Below are positions 1 through 8,746 of a DNA stretch of 64,000 nt, in pieces. Position numbers and translations under genes: made by a program. A model generated the notes under the pieces. It worked only from the letters and a program-made list of their open reading frames with translations, made no database searches and was not told where the DNA came from. This DNA comes from a virus, in IMG/VR virus record IMGVR_UViG_3300045988_173816, positions 1-64,000 of that record. One strand, given 5' to 3'. Each line of letters opens with the position of its first letter. The stretch's first letter is position 1.

Positions 1-2
1 AT

Positions 3-93
3 GGAAGATTACCCAAGTCTGGCTATAAGGGGACGGTCTTGAAAACCGTTAGGTCGGTAAAACGGCACGTGGGTTCGAATCCCACATCTTCCG
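3..93 (+). tRNA. tRNA-Ser (anticodon TGA), long variable arm
   Basis: Acceptor GGAAGAT/ATCTTCC, anticodon stem ACGGT/ACCGT around loop CTTGAAA, T-arm GTGGG-TTCGAAT-CCCAC; folded by eye. Confidence 0.8.
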
Positions 94-406
94 TTGAGTT
101 AGTGTTTAACTCAAGAAAAAGGCTTTTGACACTAGTGTAGTGTACAATAGAAGTTATAACTTAGTTTTAATTTGGTTTAATTTAATTCAATTAAATTAGA
201 ACTAGTATTTGTTATTGCTTAATACAATCTGAAGACAAGATACGGAAAGATTGTGAAGTTAAGTAATATACTTTAGTGTTTGGGACAAATTTTATTGTTT
301 TGAAATAAAATGGACTCTTAAACTATTTAAAGAACTGACCGTACAGTTCGTCTAATTGAAATATTAGATAAGAGGAATAGGGTAACTATTTATAGTTACT
401 TCTTTA

Positions 407-427
407 CGGAAGATGTGGGATTCGAAC
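407..427 (-). repeat. 21-nt perfect inverted copy of the 3' end (T-arm 3' half plus acceptor) of tRNA-Ser at 73-93
   Basis: CGGAAGATGTGGGATTCGAAC is the exact reverse complement of GTTCGAATCCCACATCTTCCG at 73-93; flanks do not fold into a tRNA. Confidence 0.85.
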
Positions 428-489
428 ACTTCGATAAACTATAACATTATTCAAAGTGTTAAATCGAAAGTAATCTAACCCAGTTTGGG

Positions 490-826
490 GTATCCACTGT
501 CAAAGGTGGGTACTTTGTAAGTCTAATTAGATTTTATTCTTTTATCTTCTTAGACTAGCTCTAGCGTTTCGTTAGACTTTCTTTTTCTAATTTATTTGGT
601 GTAACAATTGTCAAAGGTTGTTACATCGTTTCTCTTATTATTATTTGGATGTGATAAGGGAGAGATTAGCTTTCATTAAACCTTCCTTTCGGTTTAGGGG
701 TATCTACTGTTAAAGGTGGTTGCCTCGTTTCCTCTCTGCCTTTTTCTTGAGTTTTAGGTGTTGAGGGGAATTAGTCATATTGTTATCCTTTTAGGATAAA
801 GTTACTAACTGTAAAAGGTTAGTGAC
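490..826 (+). ncRNA. Array of 4 hairpins with conserved 8-nt loop TGTNAAAG and unrelated stems (same family as 35.7-36.5 kb)
   Basis: Hairpins at 490-513 (GTATCCAC/GTGGGTAC), 601-624 (GTAACAAT/GTTGTTAC), 700-723 and 801-826 (GTTACTAAC/GTTAGTGAC); loops TGTCAAAG, TGTCAAAG, TGTTAAAG, TGTAAAAG; no ORF. Confidence 0.6.
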
Positions 827-976
827 TATTTGAATCGTTAAGGTTCCTAAATATCGTCATTTGAGGAATGACAAAATCCTCTAACCTACAAAAGTTAGGG
901 TTTTAAAGAACCTCCGTTACGCTCATGTTCGCGACAAGAAGCGTAGAAGTATTGTCAACTTCGGATAAAGACAGGT

Positions 977-1047
977 TGAGCTATGTCTAAGCGGTAAAGA
1001 TAGACTTTGATAGTCGAAATGCGTGGGTTCGATTCCCACTAGCTCGA
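977..1047 (+). tRNA. tRNA-like gene with non-canonical anticodon arm (identity unresolved)
   Basis: Acceptor TGAGCTA/TAGCTCG and T-arm GTGGG-TTCGATT-CCCAC are good; putative anticodon loop TTTGATA sits in a mismatched stem. Confidence 0.4.
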
Positions 1048-1109
1048 TAACTTTCTGAGTAAGACTTTAATAAAACTTTGTTCATCACTTACTTGCTTAG
1101 AAAGGTTTT

Positions 1110-1195
1110 GGAGAATTACTCAAGAGGTTGAAGAGGATGGTTTGCTAAGTCATTAGGTCGTTCGCGGCGCAGGGGTTCGAATCCCTTATTCTCCG
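1110..1195 (+). tRNA. tRNA-Ser (anticodon GCT), long variable arm
   Basis: Acceptor GGAGAAT/ATTCTCC, anticodon loop TTGCTAA, T-arm AGGGG-TTCGAAT-CCCTT. Confidence 0.75.
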
Positions 1196-1397
1196 TAGTT
1201 TGTTGAAGCGAGGTGAATGGACAGAAGTCTAAAACGCTTTTGAGGTACTTGTTTTCTAGAGTTAAGTCTTTCAAAAGTAAGACTCGCTATATAAATCACA
1301 TAATGTCCCCGTTTACTGGTATAACCTCTTGCTGGTAAACTTTTTTATTAGGCACAGATATACTTTTAATGAGTAAAGAGAGTGAGGTATCCGAGAA

Positions 1398-1685
1398 ATG
1401 CTAACCTACAACAAAATGTTGAAATTACATAAGGAATTATCTTCTAGTTTAGATGATTTGCGACAATATTTGGAACATGTACTTGGAGATATTGGGTATG
1501 ATAATGGAGTTTCCACCCAATTTAGAGTGGATGAAAGAACTTGTTTAACTATAGGTTTTTACGATTCAACACAAGGTATGGACTTTGAAGTTATGATTGT
1601 TGATGAAAAAGAGTTTAAACAAATGATGAAACTTCAAACAACAGAAGACCTTATTGCGTTCTTATCTGCTCGTACAATTGCTTAA
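1398..1685 (+). CDS. hypothetical protein (95 aa)
   Basis: ORF track; RBS GAGTGAGG upstream; terminator follows. Confidence 0.7.
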   Translation: MLTYNKMLKLHKELSSSLDDLRQYLEHVLGDIGYDNGVSTQFRVDERTCLTIGFYDSTQGMDFEVMIVDEKEFKQMMKLQTTEDLIAFLSARTIA

Positions 1686-1692
1686 TAAGTTC

Positions 1693-1723
1693 AGTGAACA
1701 TTTCAACAACTGTTCACTTTTTT
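1693..1723 (+). terminator. Rho-independent terminator
   Basis: Stem AGTGAACA/TGTTCACT followed by a T-run. Confidence 0.7.
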
Positions 1724-1842
1724 ATTGCCAATTTTAAGATTTTTCTTAGAAAATAGTTGCTTTAATTTAAAGACTTTGGTACAATAAGTTCAACATTAAG
1801 TCATAGAGGTTTAATGATTTCAAATTTTCGTGAGGTTAATTC

Positions 1843-4800
1843 ATGTTAAAAGTAAGTGGACACGGTTCAATTCGTAAAATTAAAGGTGGAGCTGCGGGTA
1901 TCATTACGCTTTCTGCTCTATTTTTGGGGTTGCAAGGAGTGAGTGCTGATGAGGTAACATCAACAAGTACAAATGAACTAACAACTGAGCTTTCATCTGC
2001 AACGGATAAGGGAGAAGTTTCCAAGGAAGAGACTAAAGTTGAAGATAAGAAAACAGAAGAAAAAACTGAGGTTAAATCTGATGTAGTTTCAACTGAAGCT
2101 TCTACTGAGAAGAAGGAAGAAGTAAAACCTTCTGAAAAAGAAGTCCCAAAAGATACAGATACAGAAACTTTTACTAAAGCTGAAAGTAAAGAGTTTGATA
2201 TTGCTAAGAAAGATGCTGTGGAAAATGGGGTTTCTGTAAAAGAAGACACTAAACCAAGCATTAAAGATTCTGAGAAAGAAGCTCAAGAAGATTTAGCAAA
2301 ACAAACAAAAGACTTGAAAGATGCTCAGAAAACACAAGTAGGTTCTGATGCGATTACTTCTTTGGATAAAGAAAAACTAACAGAAGCAGGAATTAAGGTT
2401 AAAGATGGGAAAGTCGAAATCTTTACAGACCTTGAAAAAATGGCTGCTTTTGTAAACCAACAAAGTAAAAATATTGCTAAAGATATTGAGTCTAAACACG
2501 GTATCGAAAAAGATGTGGCTTTAGCAACTAAAGAGCTTAAAGGTGCAGGTATTGAAGTAGTTGTTGGTGCAGAGGTTGTTAAATCTTCACCAGATGAAGC
2601 TTTAAAAGCAGTAGCTGAACTTCAAACACAAGTAGCAAGTGCTCTTAAAACTAAACAAGAGTTGGATAGTGCTTTTCTTGCTTTACAAGAACGTGCTAAA
2701 GCAGCAGGTTTGTTAACTAAAGAAGGTAAAACAGTTACTTTAGAAAGTGCTAAAGATGCTAAAGACTTTCTAGCAAAACAAACTGAAGAAGTAAATGCTT
2801 TGATTAAGTCTCTAACTGAGGGGAATAAACAAGTTAAAGCTGCAGTAGCTAAAGTTGAATCTTATGGTGTTAAAGTCACTACAACTGAGGGTACTAAAGT
2901 TGACACTGTTGAAAACCTAACTAAATTGGTTTCTGCACAAGTAAGTAAATTTGATGCTTTGATTAAGTCAATTGATGAAAGCAAAGGTCTAATTGATTCT
3001 ACCGTAGCTAAAGCAAAACAAGCAGGTGTATCCTTGGAGGGTGAAACTGTTGTTAATTTGGCTAAAGGTGAAGAAACTAGCTTGAAAGAAAAAGTTGCAA
3101 GTGCTTTGAAAGAGTTGGATGCTGCAACTCAAGTGCAAACTTCAACTAAAGCTGAGTTTGAGAAATTAGTTTCTGATGCACGCGCTAAAGGTTTAACTGT
3201 AAATATTACAGGTGCTAAGAAAGTTGAAGTTTCAGGGGTATCAAAAGAACTTGAAGCGATTAAAACTAAGATTGCACAGGCTTTGGCAAATAAAAATAAA
3301 GCACAAGTTGATTATGAGACTGCTTTGAAGAACTCACAAGAAGCTAGTCGTTTAGCAGAAGGTTCAACGGCTAAAAAAGAGGGTAATGTTTATAAACAAA
3401 GTTTGACCATTAAGTCCAATGGTACAAAAGGTTCTGTAAGTGTGAAGGTTACGGGTAGCGCTGAGATTGTATCTGTAGAATTGGTTGATCCTACAGGTGC
3501 AAAAGTACCTTCTGTTAAAACTTTAGCAGACTTAACTGCGTACACTGATTTTAGTAAGACTGGAAATTACACAGTTAATTATACTTTCCGAGCTAAAGAT
3601 AACGGTACAGGTTCAGTGGTATCTTCTGCAAACACTCAAGGTGTAGCAGCAGTAGAGGGTAAAGCTACAGGTACTTTGTCAGTTACTACTAAGGCTCCAG
3701 TTTCTACAAATGTAACTAATGAGTCTAAACCTACTGTTTTGGATATTGTTTTAGACTTTAGTTCATCTTACCGTTATAAGATTTTCGATTCAATTGATCA
3801 AGCTAAGATGTTAATTAAAGAGGCTTTGACAAATGATAAGTCAAAAGTAATTATTCAAGCTTATAATTACAATAGTAAAACTTCTTATGGCGTTCAAACT
3901 GGTGATTCCGAGGGGTATTCAACTACTTTATTAACTAAACAAGAAGCTTTAGATATTTTAGACAAACTAAAAGCATTGGCTAAACGTCAACCGTCCTTGG
4001 GTAGTTCAGATGCTTTGGGGTACAACGAGTATTTCGCTGCTATCGGTAAAACTTTTGGAGATAAAAATTACACAGATTCAACTTCTGCAACAGCCATTAT
4101 CCCATTCGAGGATGTAGTTCGTAAGTTCATCACAGATACAGATATCGTTTCAGTTATTCAGTTTACAGATGGTTGGACTGCAGGAGTATCTAGTAATGGT
4201 ACAACTGCTTCAGTCGAAAATATTGATATTACTTTTGCTGAATGGGCTAAGCATAGAGCTAAAACTTTCATGACTGTTATTAACAAAAACGTTACAAAGG
4301 CTTCTGAGGGTGATTCAGATAAAGACACAAACTCCGACCAGGCATTTGAAGCTATGCAACGCGTAGGACACCCAAATATCTATGATATGACAGGTAAAGA
4401 TCGTGCAGTTGTGGATAAAGAGTTGTTAGCTAAATTTAAAGAAACTGCAATTGAAAAAGTAACTTCTACAAAAGGCGAAGACCAACTAGTAACTGTATCT
4501 ATCACTGGTACTAAAACTGCAAAAGTTACTAAAGCAACTCTCAAAGGTGCTACTAACAAAGACTTACCTATTAAAGATGGTAAAGTTAACTTCTCTGAAA
4601 AACTACCAGACGGAACTTGGACAGTTAACTACGAACTTTCAGGAGATGGTGATGTTACCGTAACTGCAACTGTCGCAGGAAAAGAAGTAGTAAAAGAAAC
4701 TAAGAGTCTTAAAGAAGTTAAAGGTGCTGAAGGTACTTCTGCAACTAAGACTGATAACATTAAAGCATTGGTTGTTCCAAACAAACCTTCTACTGCTCCA

Positions 4801-5151
4801 ATTTCAGTTGAGGGGTTAGTTGTAACTGCTAAGTCTGTACGTTTAGGTACTGTTGAGTCTGACGCTACTACAGTAACTATTGAGAAAGAAGTTAAGAAAG
4901 CTACTTTCAAAGAAACTGTTTCTCCGATTACATTTGAGCGTGAGGTTGTTCCTACACAAGCAGAGGTAACTACGCATGATGTTTACGTTAAGACTCCAAA
5001 ACCTCAACCTAAACCTCAACCAGAAGGTAAAACATTGCCTAAAACTGGTGAATCTAGTGATATTTCTGTACAAGCTGCGGGTGCGGGTATCGGTTTAGTA
5101 GGTCTTCTAGCTTTAGCTGGAGCTTCAAAACGTTCTCGTAAAGAAGACTAA
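1843..5151 (+). CDS. Cell-wall-anchored surface protein: YSIRK-like signal peptide, long helical Ala/Lys/Glu-rich repeats, vWA-like domain, LPXTG sorting signal
   Basis: N-term GSIRKIKGGAAGIITLSALFLG; DxSxS-like motif VLDFSSSY; C-term LPKTGE plus hydrophobic stretch plus KRSRKED. Confidence 0.85.
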   Translation: MLKVSGHGSIRKIKGGAAGIITLSALFLGLQGVSADEVTSTSTNELTTELSSATDKGEVSKEETKVEDKKTEEKTEVKSDVVSTEASTEKKEEVKPSEKEVPKDTDTETFTKAESKEFDIAKKDAVENGVSVKEDTKPSIKDSEKEAQEDLAKQTKDLKDAQKTQVGSDAITSLDKEKLTEAGIKVKDGKVEIFTDLEKMAAFVNQQSKNIAKDIESKHGIEKDVALATKELKGAGIEVVVGAEVVKSSPDEALKAVAELQTQVASALKTKQELDSAFLALQERAKAAGLLTKEGKTVTLESAKDAKDFLAKQTEEVNALIKSLTEGNKQVKAAVAKVESYGVKVTTTEGTKVDTVENLTKLVSAQVSKFDALIKSIDESKGLIDSTVAKAKQAGVSLEGETVVNLAKGEETSLKEKVASALKELDAATQVQTSTKAEFEKLVSDARAKGLTVNITGAKKVEVSGVSKELEAIKTKIAQALANKNKAQVDYETALKNSQEASRLAEGSTAKKEGNVYKQSLTIKSNGTKGSVSVKVTGSAEIVSVELVDPTGAKVPSVKTLADLTAYTDFSKTGNYTVNYTFRAKDNGTGSVVSSANTQGVAAVEGKATGTLSVTTKAPVSTNVTNESKPTVLDIVLDFSSSYRYKIFDSIDQAKMLIKEALTNDKSKVIIQAYNYNSKTSYGVQTGDSEGYSTTLLTKQEALDILDKLKALAKRQPSLGSSDALGYNEYFAAIGKTFGDKNYTDSTSATAIIPFEDVVRKFITDTDIVSVIQFTDGWTAGVSSNGTTASVENIDITFAEWAKHRAKTFMTVINKNVTKASEGDSDKDTNSDQAFEAMQRVGHPNIYDMTGKDRAVVDKELLAKFKETAIEKVTSTKGEDQLVTVSITGTKTAKVTKATLKGATNKDLPIKDGKVNFSEKLPDGTWTVNYELSGDGDVTVTATVAGKEVVKETKSLKEVKGAEGTSATKTDNIKALVVPNKPSTAPISVEGLVVTAKSVRLGTVESDATTVTIEKEVKKATFKETVSPITFEREVVPTQAEVTTHDVYVKTPKPQPKPQPEGKTLPKTGESSDISVQAAGAGIGLVGLLALAGASKRSRKED

Positions 5152-5167
5152 ATAAAGAAATTTAAGA

Positions 5168-5193
5168 GCAATCCCTTATAGGGGTTGCTTTTT
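5168..5193 (+). terminator. Rho-independent terminator
   Basis: Stem GCAATCCC/GGGGTTGC, then TTTTT. Confidence 0.75.
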
Positions 5194-5240
5194 CCTATGT
5201 TTCACAGAGTTCTTAATTTTAAAATTACTCTGAATAGTTC

Positions 5241-5269
5241 TTGACAAGATAGGGTTTTTCTGATATAAT
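5241..5269 (+). promoter_or_regulatory. sigma-70-type promoter with extended -10
   Basis: TTGACA, 17-nt spacer, TGATATAAT. Confidence 0.75.
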
Positions 5270-5295
5270 AAGGTTATCTTAATGAGGAGGGGAAT

Positions 5296-5565
5296 ATGAA
5301 TCTTAGAGTAATTGTAAAGGGTTGTGACGATAGTACAGACTTTGAATTAGTTTGTACTGATGAGCAATACGCTTTCCTAAGAGAGTTTGCAAGTGCAACA
5401 CAAACGGTATCCACTTTTTCTTGCATGCCTATTGTCAAATTGCAAACTAGTTCAGGGGAGGAGGAAGATATTCCAACTAACTCAGATAACCTTAAATGGG
5501 TTGAAGAGGTCGAAGAAAATGGGGATGATAATTCTCACTATGTGTTAGACACCACCAAACTTTAA
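5296..5565 (+). CDS. hypothetical acidic protein (89 aa)
   Basis: ORF track; strong RBS GAGGAGGGG. Confidence 0.75.
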   Translation: MNLRVIVKGCDDSTDFELVCTDEQYAFLREFASATQTVSTFSCMPIVKLQTSSGEEEDIPTNSDNLKWVEEVEENGDDNSHYVLDTTKL

Positions 5566-5571
5566 TATTAA

Positions 5572-5944
5572 GGGGTCGTCTGGATTCGACAGGCGGTTAG
5601 ACTTTTTAACCTCGCACCGAGTGACTACGTTATAGTCGAACTTAAACATAACTGCAAATAACAATGCACCAGTTCGTATGGCTGCCTAAGCCTTTGGCTT
5701 CGGTAGTTGATATGAACACAAGTAAAATAGTCGAATAGACGAGCGACTGAGATAGGTACCGGTATCTTTTAGTTGCTATAAATCTCGGTACTCGCAACTA
5801 AGGTTTCTCAACTTAGTGTGTTAAATAGAGATATAACTTTTAGTTTTGTGCGTTTCCTAAAAGTCGAATGTTGAAACGTAGCAGTGCGCAGTAAGGTTAA
5901 CTGGAAAGGTCGTTTGGACGTGGGTTCGACTCCCACCGGCTCCA
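5572..5944 (+). ncRNA. ssrA: tmRNA (transfer-messenger RNA), predicted tag ANNNAPVRMAA
   Basis: 5' GGGGTCGTCTGGATTCGACAGG hallmark; 3' T-arm GTGGG-TTCGACT-CCCAC with acceptor CGGCTCC pairing the 5' end; internal frame GCA AAT AAC AAT GCA CCA GTT CGT ATG GCT GCC TAA. Confidence 0.85.
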
Positions 5945-5977
5945 TAAACTAACGAAAAAAACATACACAAAGGGGAT

Positions 5978-6319
5978 ATGATGTCATTTCTTACGAAAAA
6001 CTTAGCTAAAGAAGCTTTAGATGAATACCCTTGTGGTGTTCATATTTGTATCAATCCTTATTATTGGCAATTGGGTAATTCTATTTGTGGTTTAGGTGAT
6101 TTTAAACCTACTGATGTAGATAAATTAGCGGAAATTTTAGATGAAGTTTCTGCACAGATTTATGAAGAAACAGGTTTTCACCCCACAAGTTTAGATTGGT
6201 TAGATATTTTCCCAGAGGATATGTCTTTACTTGATGCTCGCAATAAAAAAGCTAATGAGGACCTTGACGCTCTACTAGATTCTTTACAGTCTGAGTTAAT
6301 TGAGGAAAGTGAGAGGTAA
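5978..6319 (+). CDS. hypothetical acidic protein (113 aa)
   Basis: ORF track; RBS AAAGGGGA. Confidence 0.7.
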   Translation: MMSFLTKNLAKEALDEYPCGVHICINPYYWQLGNSICGLGDFKPTDVDKLAEILDEVSAQIYEETGFHPTSLDWLDIFPEDMSLLDARNKKANEDLDALLDSLQSELIEESER

Positions 6320-6326
6320 GTAGTAA

Positions 6327-6548
6327 ATGGCTAAAGAACACTATCGATGTAGCTTAGGAACTAAAAAGGTCACTAAGTGGGGAAACAGTAAGGGTATCCT
6401 TATACCAACTGCGGTTTTAGAAAACTTAAATTTGTCTGAGGGTAGTGAGGTAGAGTTTATTTTTGAAGATGGGAAGATTGTTTTAAGAAATAAGTCTGAG
6501 CAGTTGGATATTCCAAACTATGATTTAGATGAACTTTTAAAAGAATAG
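6327..6548 (+). CDS. AbrB/MazE/SpoVT-type antitoxin-like DNA-binding protein (73 aa)
   Basis: KVTKWGNSKGILIPTAVLENLNLSEGSEVEF matches the swapped-hairpin MazE/AbrB signature; no toxin gene adjacent. Confidence 0.65.
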   Translation: MAKEHYRCSLGTKKVTKWGNSKGILIPTAVLENLNLSEGSEVEFIFEDGKIVLRNKSEQLDIPNYDLDELLKE

Positions 6549-6603
6549 GAACCTTCAAGTGAATTGTTGTAAGTAAGTCTTAGCTGACTTACTTATTTTA
6601 TAC

Positions 6604-6632
6604 TTGTAATTTTTAGGTTTATTTGATATACT
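6604..6632 (+). promoter_or_regulatory. sigma-70-type promoter
   Basis: TTGTAA, 17 nt, TGATATACT. Confidence 0.55.
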
Positions 6633-6664
6633 ATAATAAATAAAGAGATTTAAGGTGGCTTACT

Positions 6665-7159
6665 ATGAAATTACTAAGAATGAGTGAGGGTTCTACTCTT
6701 ATATACAGTGAAACTATTCGTTACTTTTCACTTCCTAAGAGCTATCCTAGGTTATTAAAGATTTTTGAGAGATGTGGGTATCAATCTAATACTGATATGC
6801 TTTCGTTACTAGATACTTCCTCATTTAATCCTTTGTCTGGGGAATATAAAACTACTCAGAGTAATGAAAATGAACGTATGGGTTTCACTTTTGAGCAACT
6901 TGCTTTAAACCCATTAAATGAGATTCTAAACTGTGGGATTCAACTAATTTTAAATACTAAAACAAATCCTAATGGAGCTAATTTTCTTTGGTTTGTTGTT
7001 GTAGACTTCAATGATACTTATGAGTTGTTTACTCATAATTACGCCTCAATGCTTTCTGAAATCCCTATGACTGAAGAAACAAAGTTTGAACGACTACATC
7101 TCCAACGTGAGTACGAAAGAGAGATTAAACTATTGCAAGAGTACCGAAAAGCTCTCTAA
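6665..7159 (+). CDS. hypothetical protein (164 aa)
   Basis: ORF track; RBS AAGGTGG. Confidence 0.7.
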   Translation: MKLLRMSEGSTLIYSETIRYFSLPKSYPRLLKIFERCGYQSNTDMLSLLDTSSFNPLSGEYKTTQSNENERMGFTFEQLALNPLNEILNCGIQLILNTKTNPNGANFLWFVVVDFNDTYELFTHNYASMLSEIPMTEETKFERLHLQREYEREIKLLQEYRKAL

Positions 7160-7214
7160 ATTTTTCTAAGTATCACTCTTTTCTAGTAAAAACGAAACTT
7201 TTCAAGAAAACTTG

Positions 7215-7243
7215 TTGACAAATATACCTAAGTGTGTTATAAT
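7215..7243 (+). promoter_or_regulatory. sigma-70-type promoter driving the tRNA island
   Basis: TTGACA, 17 nt, TGTTATAAT. Confidence 0.75.
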
Positions 7244-7408
7244 ATAAAACATAGAAGTTAAGTTTTTGCAGTAGACGGATTTAACTGAGCAGTAACGACT
7301 ATAAACATCTGCACATATTTGTCTACAAGGAGTTGGGGTCGCCTTTAAAGAACACGGTCGCGAAAGCCAAATCTGTCTGCGGAAAAGCAGAGACTTACCT
7401 CAAGTTGA

Positions 7409-7468
7409 GACTTGATTGCTGATGATGGATGAGCATTTAGAACGGAGGTTCGATTCCTCCTCAAGTCA
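7409..7468 (+). ncRNA. 60-nt tRNA-like minihelix (acceptor plus T-arm, no recognisable D-arm)
   Basis: GACTTGA/TCAAGTC acceptor, GGAGG-TTCGATT-CCTCC T-arm; central arm TGCT/AGCA with an 11-nt loop. Confidence 0.35.
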
Positions 7469-7601
7469 TTGTTGGAAATAGCATACCATTTCTCAGAGTG
7501 GAGGTGTGGGTTCAAGTCCTTCCTAGATCGTTAATCTAGTAGTATAAGCAACAAATGTTTAAAAGAGGTTACGCAACTGAGATAAGGGTATCCTCAAACA
7601 T

Positions 7602-7673
7602 GCACCATTGGTCAAGTGGTTAAGACACTGCCTTTTCACGGCAGTAACAGGGGTTCGATTCCCCTATGGTGTA
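7602..7673 (+). tRNA. tRNA-Glu (anticodon TTC)
   Basis: Acceptor GCACCAT/ATGGTGT, anticodon stem CTGCC/GGCAG with loop TTTTCAC, T-arm AGGGG-TTCGATT-CCCCT. Confidence 0.85.
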
Positions 7674-7945
7674 TTGTCGGAAACGACAAGGGCGACAGCC
7701 AGCCCCTAAATGGTGTACAACATTTAGAAGTTGCATTAGTGGTAACATACTCTAAGTACAAGGGTATGGGCGCATTAGTGGGTTTACGGTGTTTTGTGTG
7801 TTATAAGCCTTGGACGAAGGTCTAGTTAGTTATCAGAATTAAAAACACATGTGGCTTTGACATGGAGTTACTGTACTGCAGTGCAGTAGTGGGTTCGAAT
7901 CCCATCTTAGTCGTATCATTTATCAAAAAGAAAGAGGGGAGTAGA

Positions 7946-8230
7946 ATGAAACGGGTTAGAAAACCGTTACCAGTGAGTCTCAGACGTTTGATTATCAAAC
8001 ACAGAAATAGAGCTAGAGATGTATATTTTATAGCAGGTACTAAAGCAGTTATGGTGCGTAATCGACATACAGGAGAACTTCTTGGTAATGTTTATTATAA
8101 TGGTACTGAGTTCTACTTTTCAAAGCAGTTGATAAACTATGAATGTAAATTAGGATATCCAAGTTATCTTAAGTTTCGCAAGCTTGTTCTCAGACCTTTG
8201 GAAGAGTGTTTAGTTCTTGGTGGTTTTTAA
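7946..8230 (+). CDS. hypothetical basic protein (94 aa)
   Basis: Track ORF 7862-8230 trimmed to the ATG at 7946 behind RBS AGAGGGGAG; the upstream part overlaps a T-arm-like RNA element. Confidence 0.65.
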   Translation: MKRVRKPLPVSLRRLIIKHRNRARDVYFIAGTKAVMVRNRHTGELLGNVYYNGTEFYFSKQLINYECKLGYPSYLKFRKLVLRPLEECLVLGGF

Positions 8231-8246
8231 TACTTAATTTTGTTGA

Positions 8247-8329
8247 GTGATAGAAGCATTTGTAGGGTGATGCAGTAAGGAGAAGTAGCGCTACTTCTAG
8301 GGAAGTTGGTTCAAGACCATCCTATCACA
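8247..8329 (+). ncRNA. 83-nt tRNA-like element with aberrant anticodon arm (8-nt loop)
   Basis: Acceptor GTGATAG/CTATCAC, D-like arm GCAT/ATGC, arm AGAAG-TAGCGCTA-CTTCT, T-like arm GTTGG-TTCAAGA-CCATC. Confidence 0.35.
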
Positions 8330-8349
8330 TTAGTTTAGAGGTGTTTTAC

Positions 8350-8463
8350 ATGTATGAGATGTTGCTAGATGATTTATTAAGTGCTTTAGAATTAAGAGGT
8401 ATAGACACTTCTAAATTGCATTTAGTTGAGGAACTTGACGGTGATGTTGAACCTCTTAATTAA
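8350..8463 (+). CDS. small ORF (37 aa, MYEMLLDDLLSALELRG...)
   Basis: ATG behind RBS AGAGG; below the ORF-track length cutoff; lies between tRNA genes. Confidence 0.5.
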   Translation: MYEMLLDDLLSALELRGIDTSKLHLVEELDGDVEPLN

Positions 8464-8469
8464 ATTTTA

Positions 8470-8542
8470 GGTCTCGTAGCGTAGAGGTTATCGCGCTGCC
8501 TTGTCACGGCAGAGATCGAGGGTTCGATTCCCTTCGAGACCG
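8470..8542 (+). tRNA. tRNA-Asp (anticodon GTC)
   Basis: Acceptor GGTCTCG/CGAGACC, stem CTGCC/GGCAG with loop TTGTCAC, T-arm GAGGG-TTCGATT-CCCTT. Confidence 0.9.
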
Positions 8543-8589
8543 TTTGTTGGTTTATATGTGCGAAATCCTAAAGGATATCCACATTTTTC

Positions 8590-8670
8590 GGAAAGGTAGC
8601 GAAGAGGTTAAACGCGGCGGACTGTAAATCCGCTCTTTCGGGTTCGGGGGTTCAAATCCCTCTCTTTCCA
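8590..8670 (+). tRNA. tRNA-Tyr (anticodon GTA), long variable arm
   Basis: Anticodon stem GCGGA/TCCGC with loop CTGTAAA; T-loop TTCAAAT; acceptor GGAAAGG/TCTTTCC. Confidence 0.85.
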
Positions 8671-8675
8671 TTATT

Positions 8676-8746
8676 ACGAGTATAGTTTAAAGGTAGAACT
8701 ACGGTCTCCAAAATCGTCAGTGTGGGTTCAATTCCTACTGCTCGTG
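8676..8746 (+). tRNA. tRNA-Trp (anticodon CCA)
   Basis: Acceptor ACGAGTA/TGCTCGT, anticodon stem ACGGT/ATCGT with loop CTCCAAA, T-arm GTGGG-TTCAATT-CCTAC. Confidence 0.85.

Noticed and set aside
126-148. Apparent promoter TTGACA ... TACAAT after the first tRNA
   Set aside because: The spacer is only 11 nt, unlike the exact 17-nt spacing of the other promoters. A real promoter for island A may exist but I could not place it.
7616-7825. Track ORF of 69 aa
   Set aside because: It starts inside tRNA-Glu (7602-7673) and runs through structured noncoding sequence, with no RBS.
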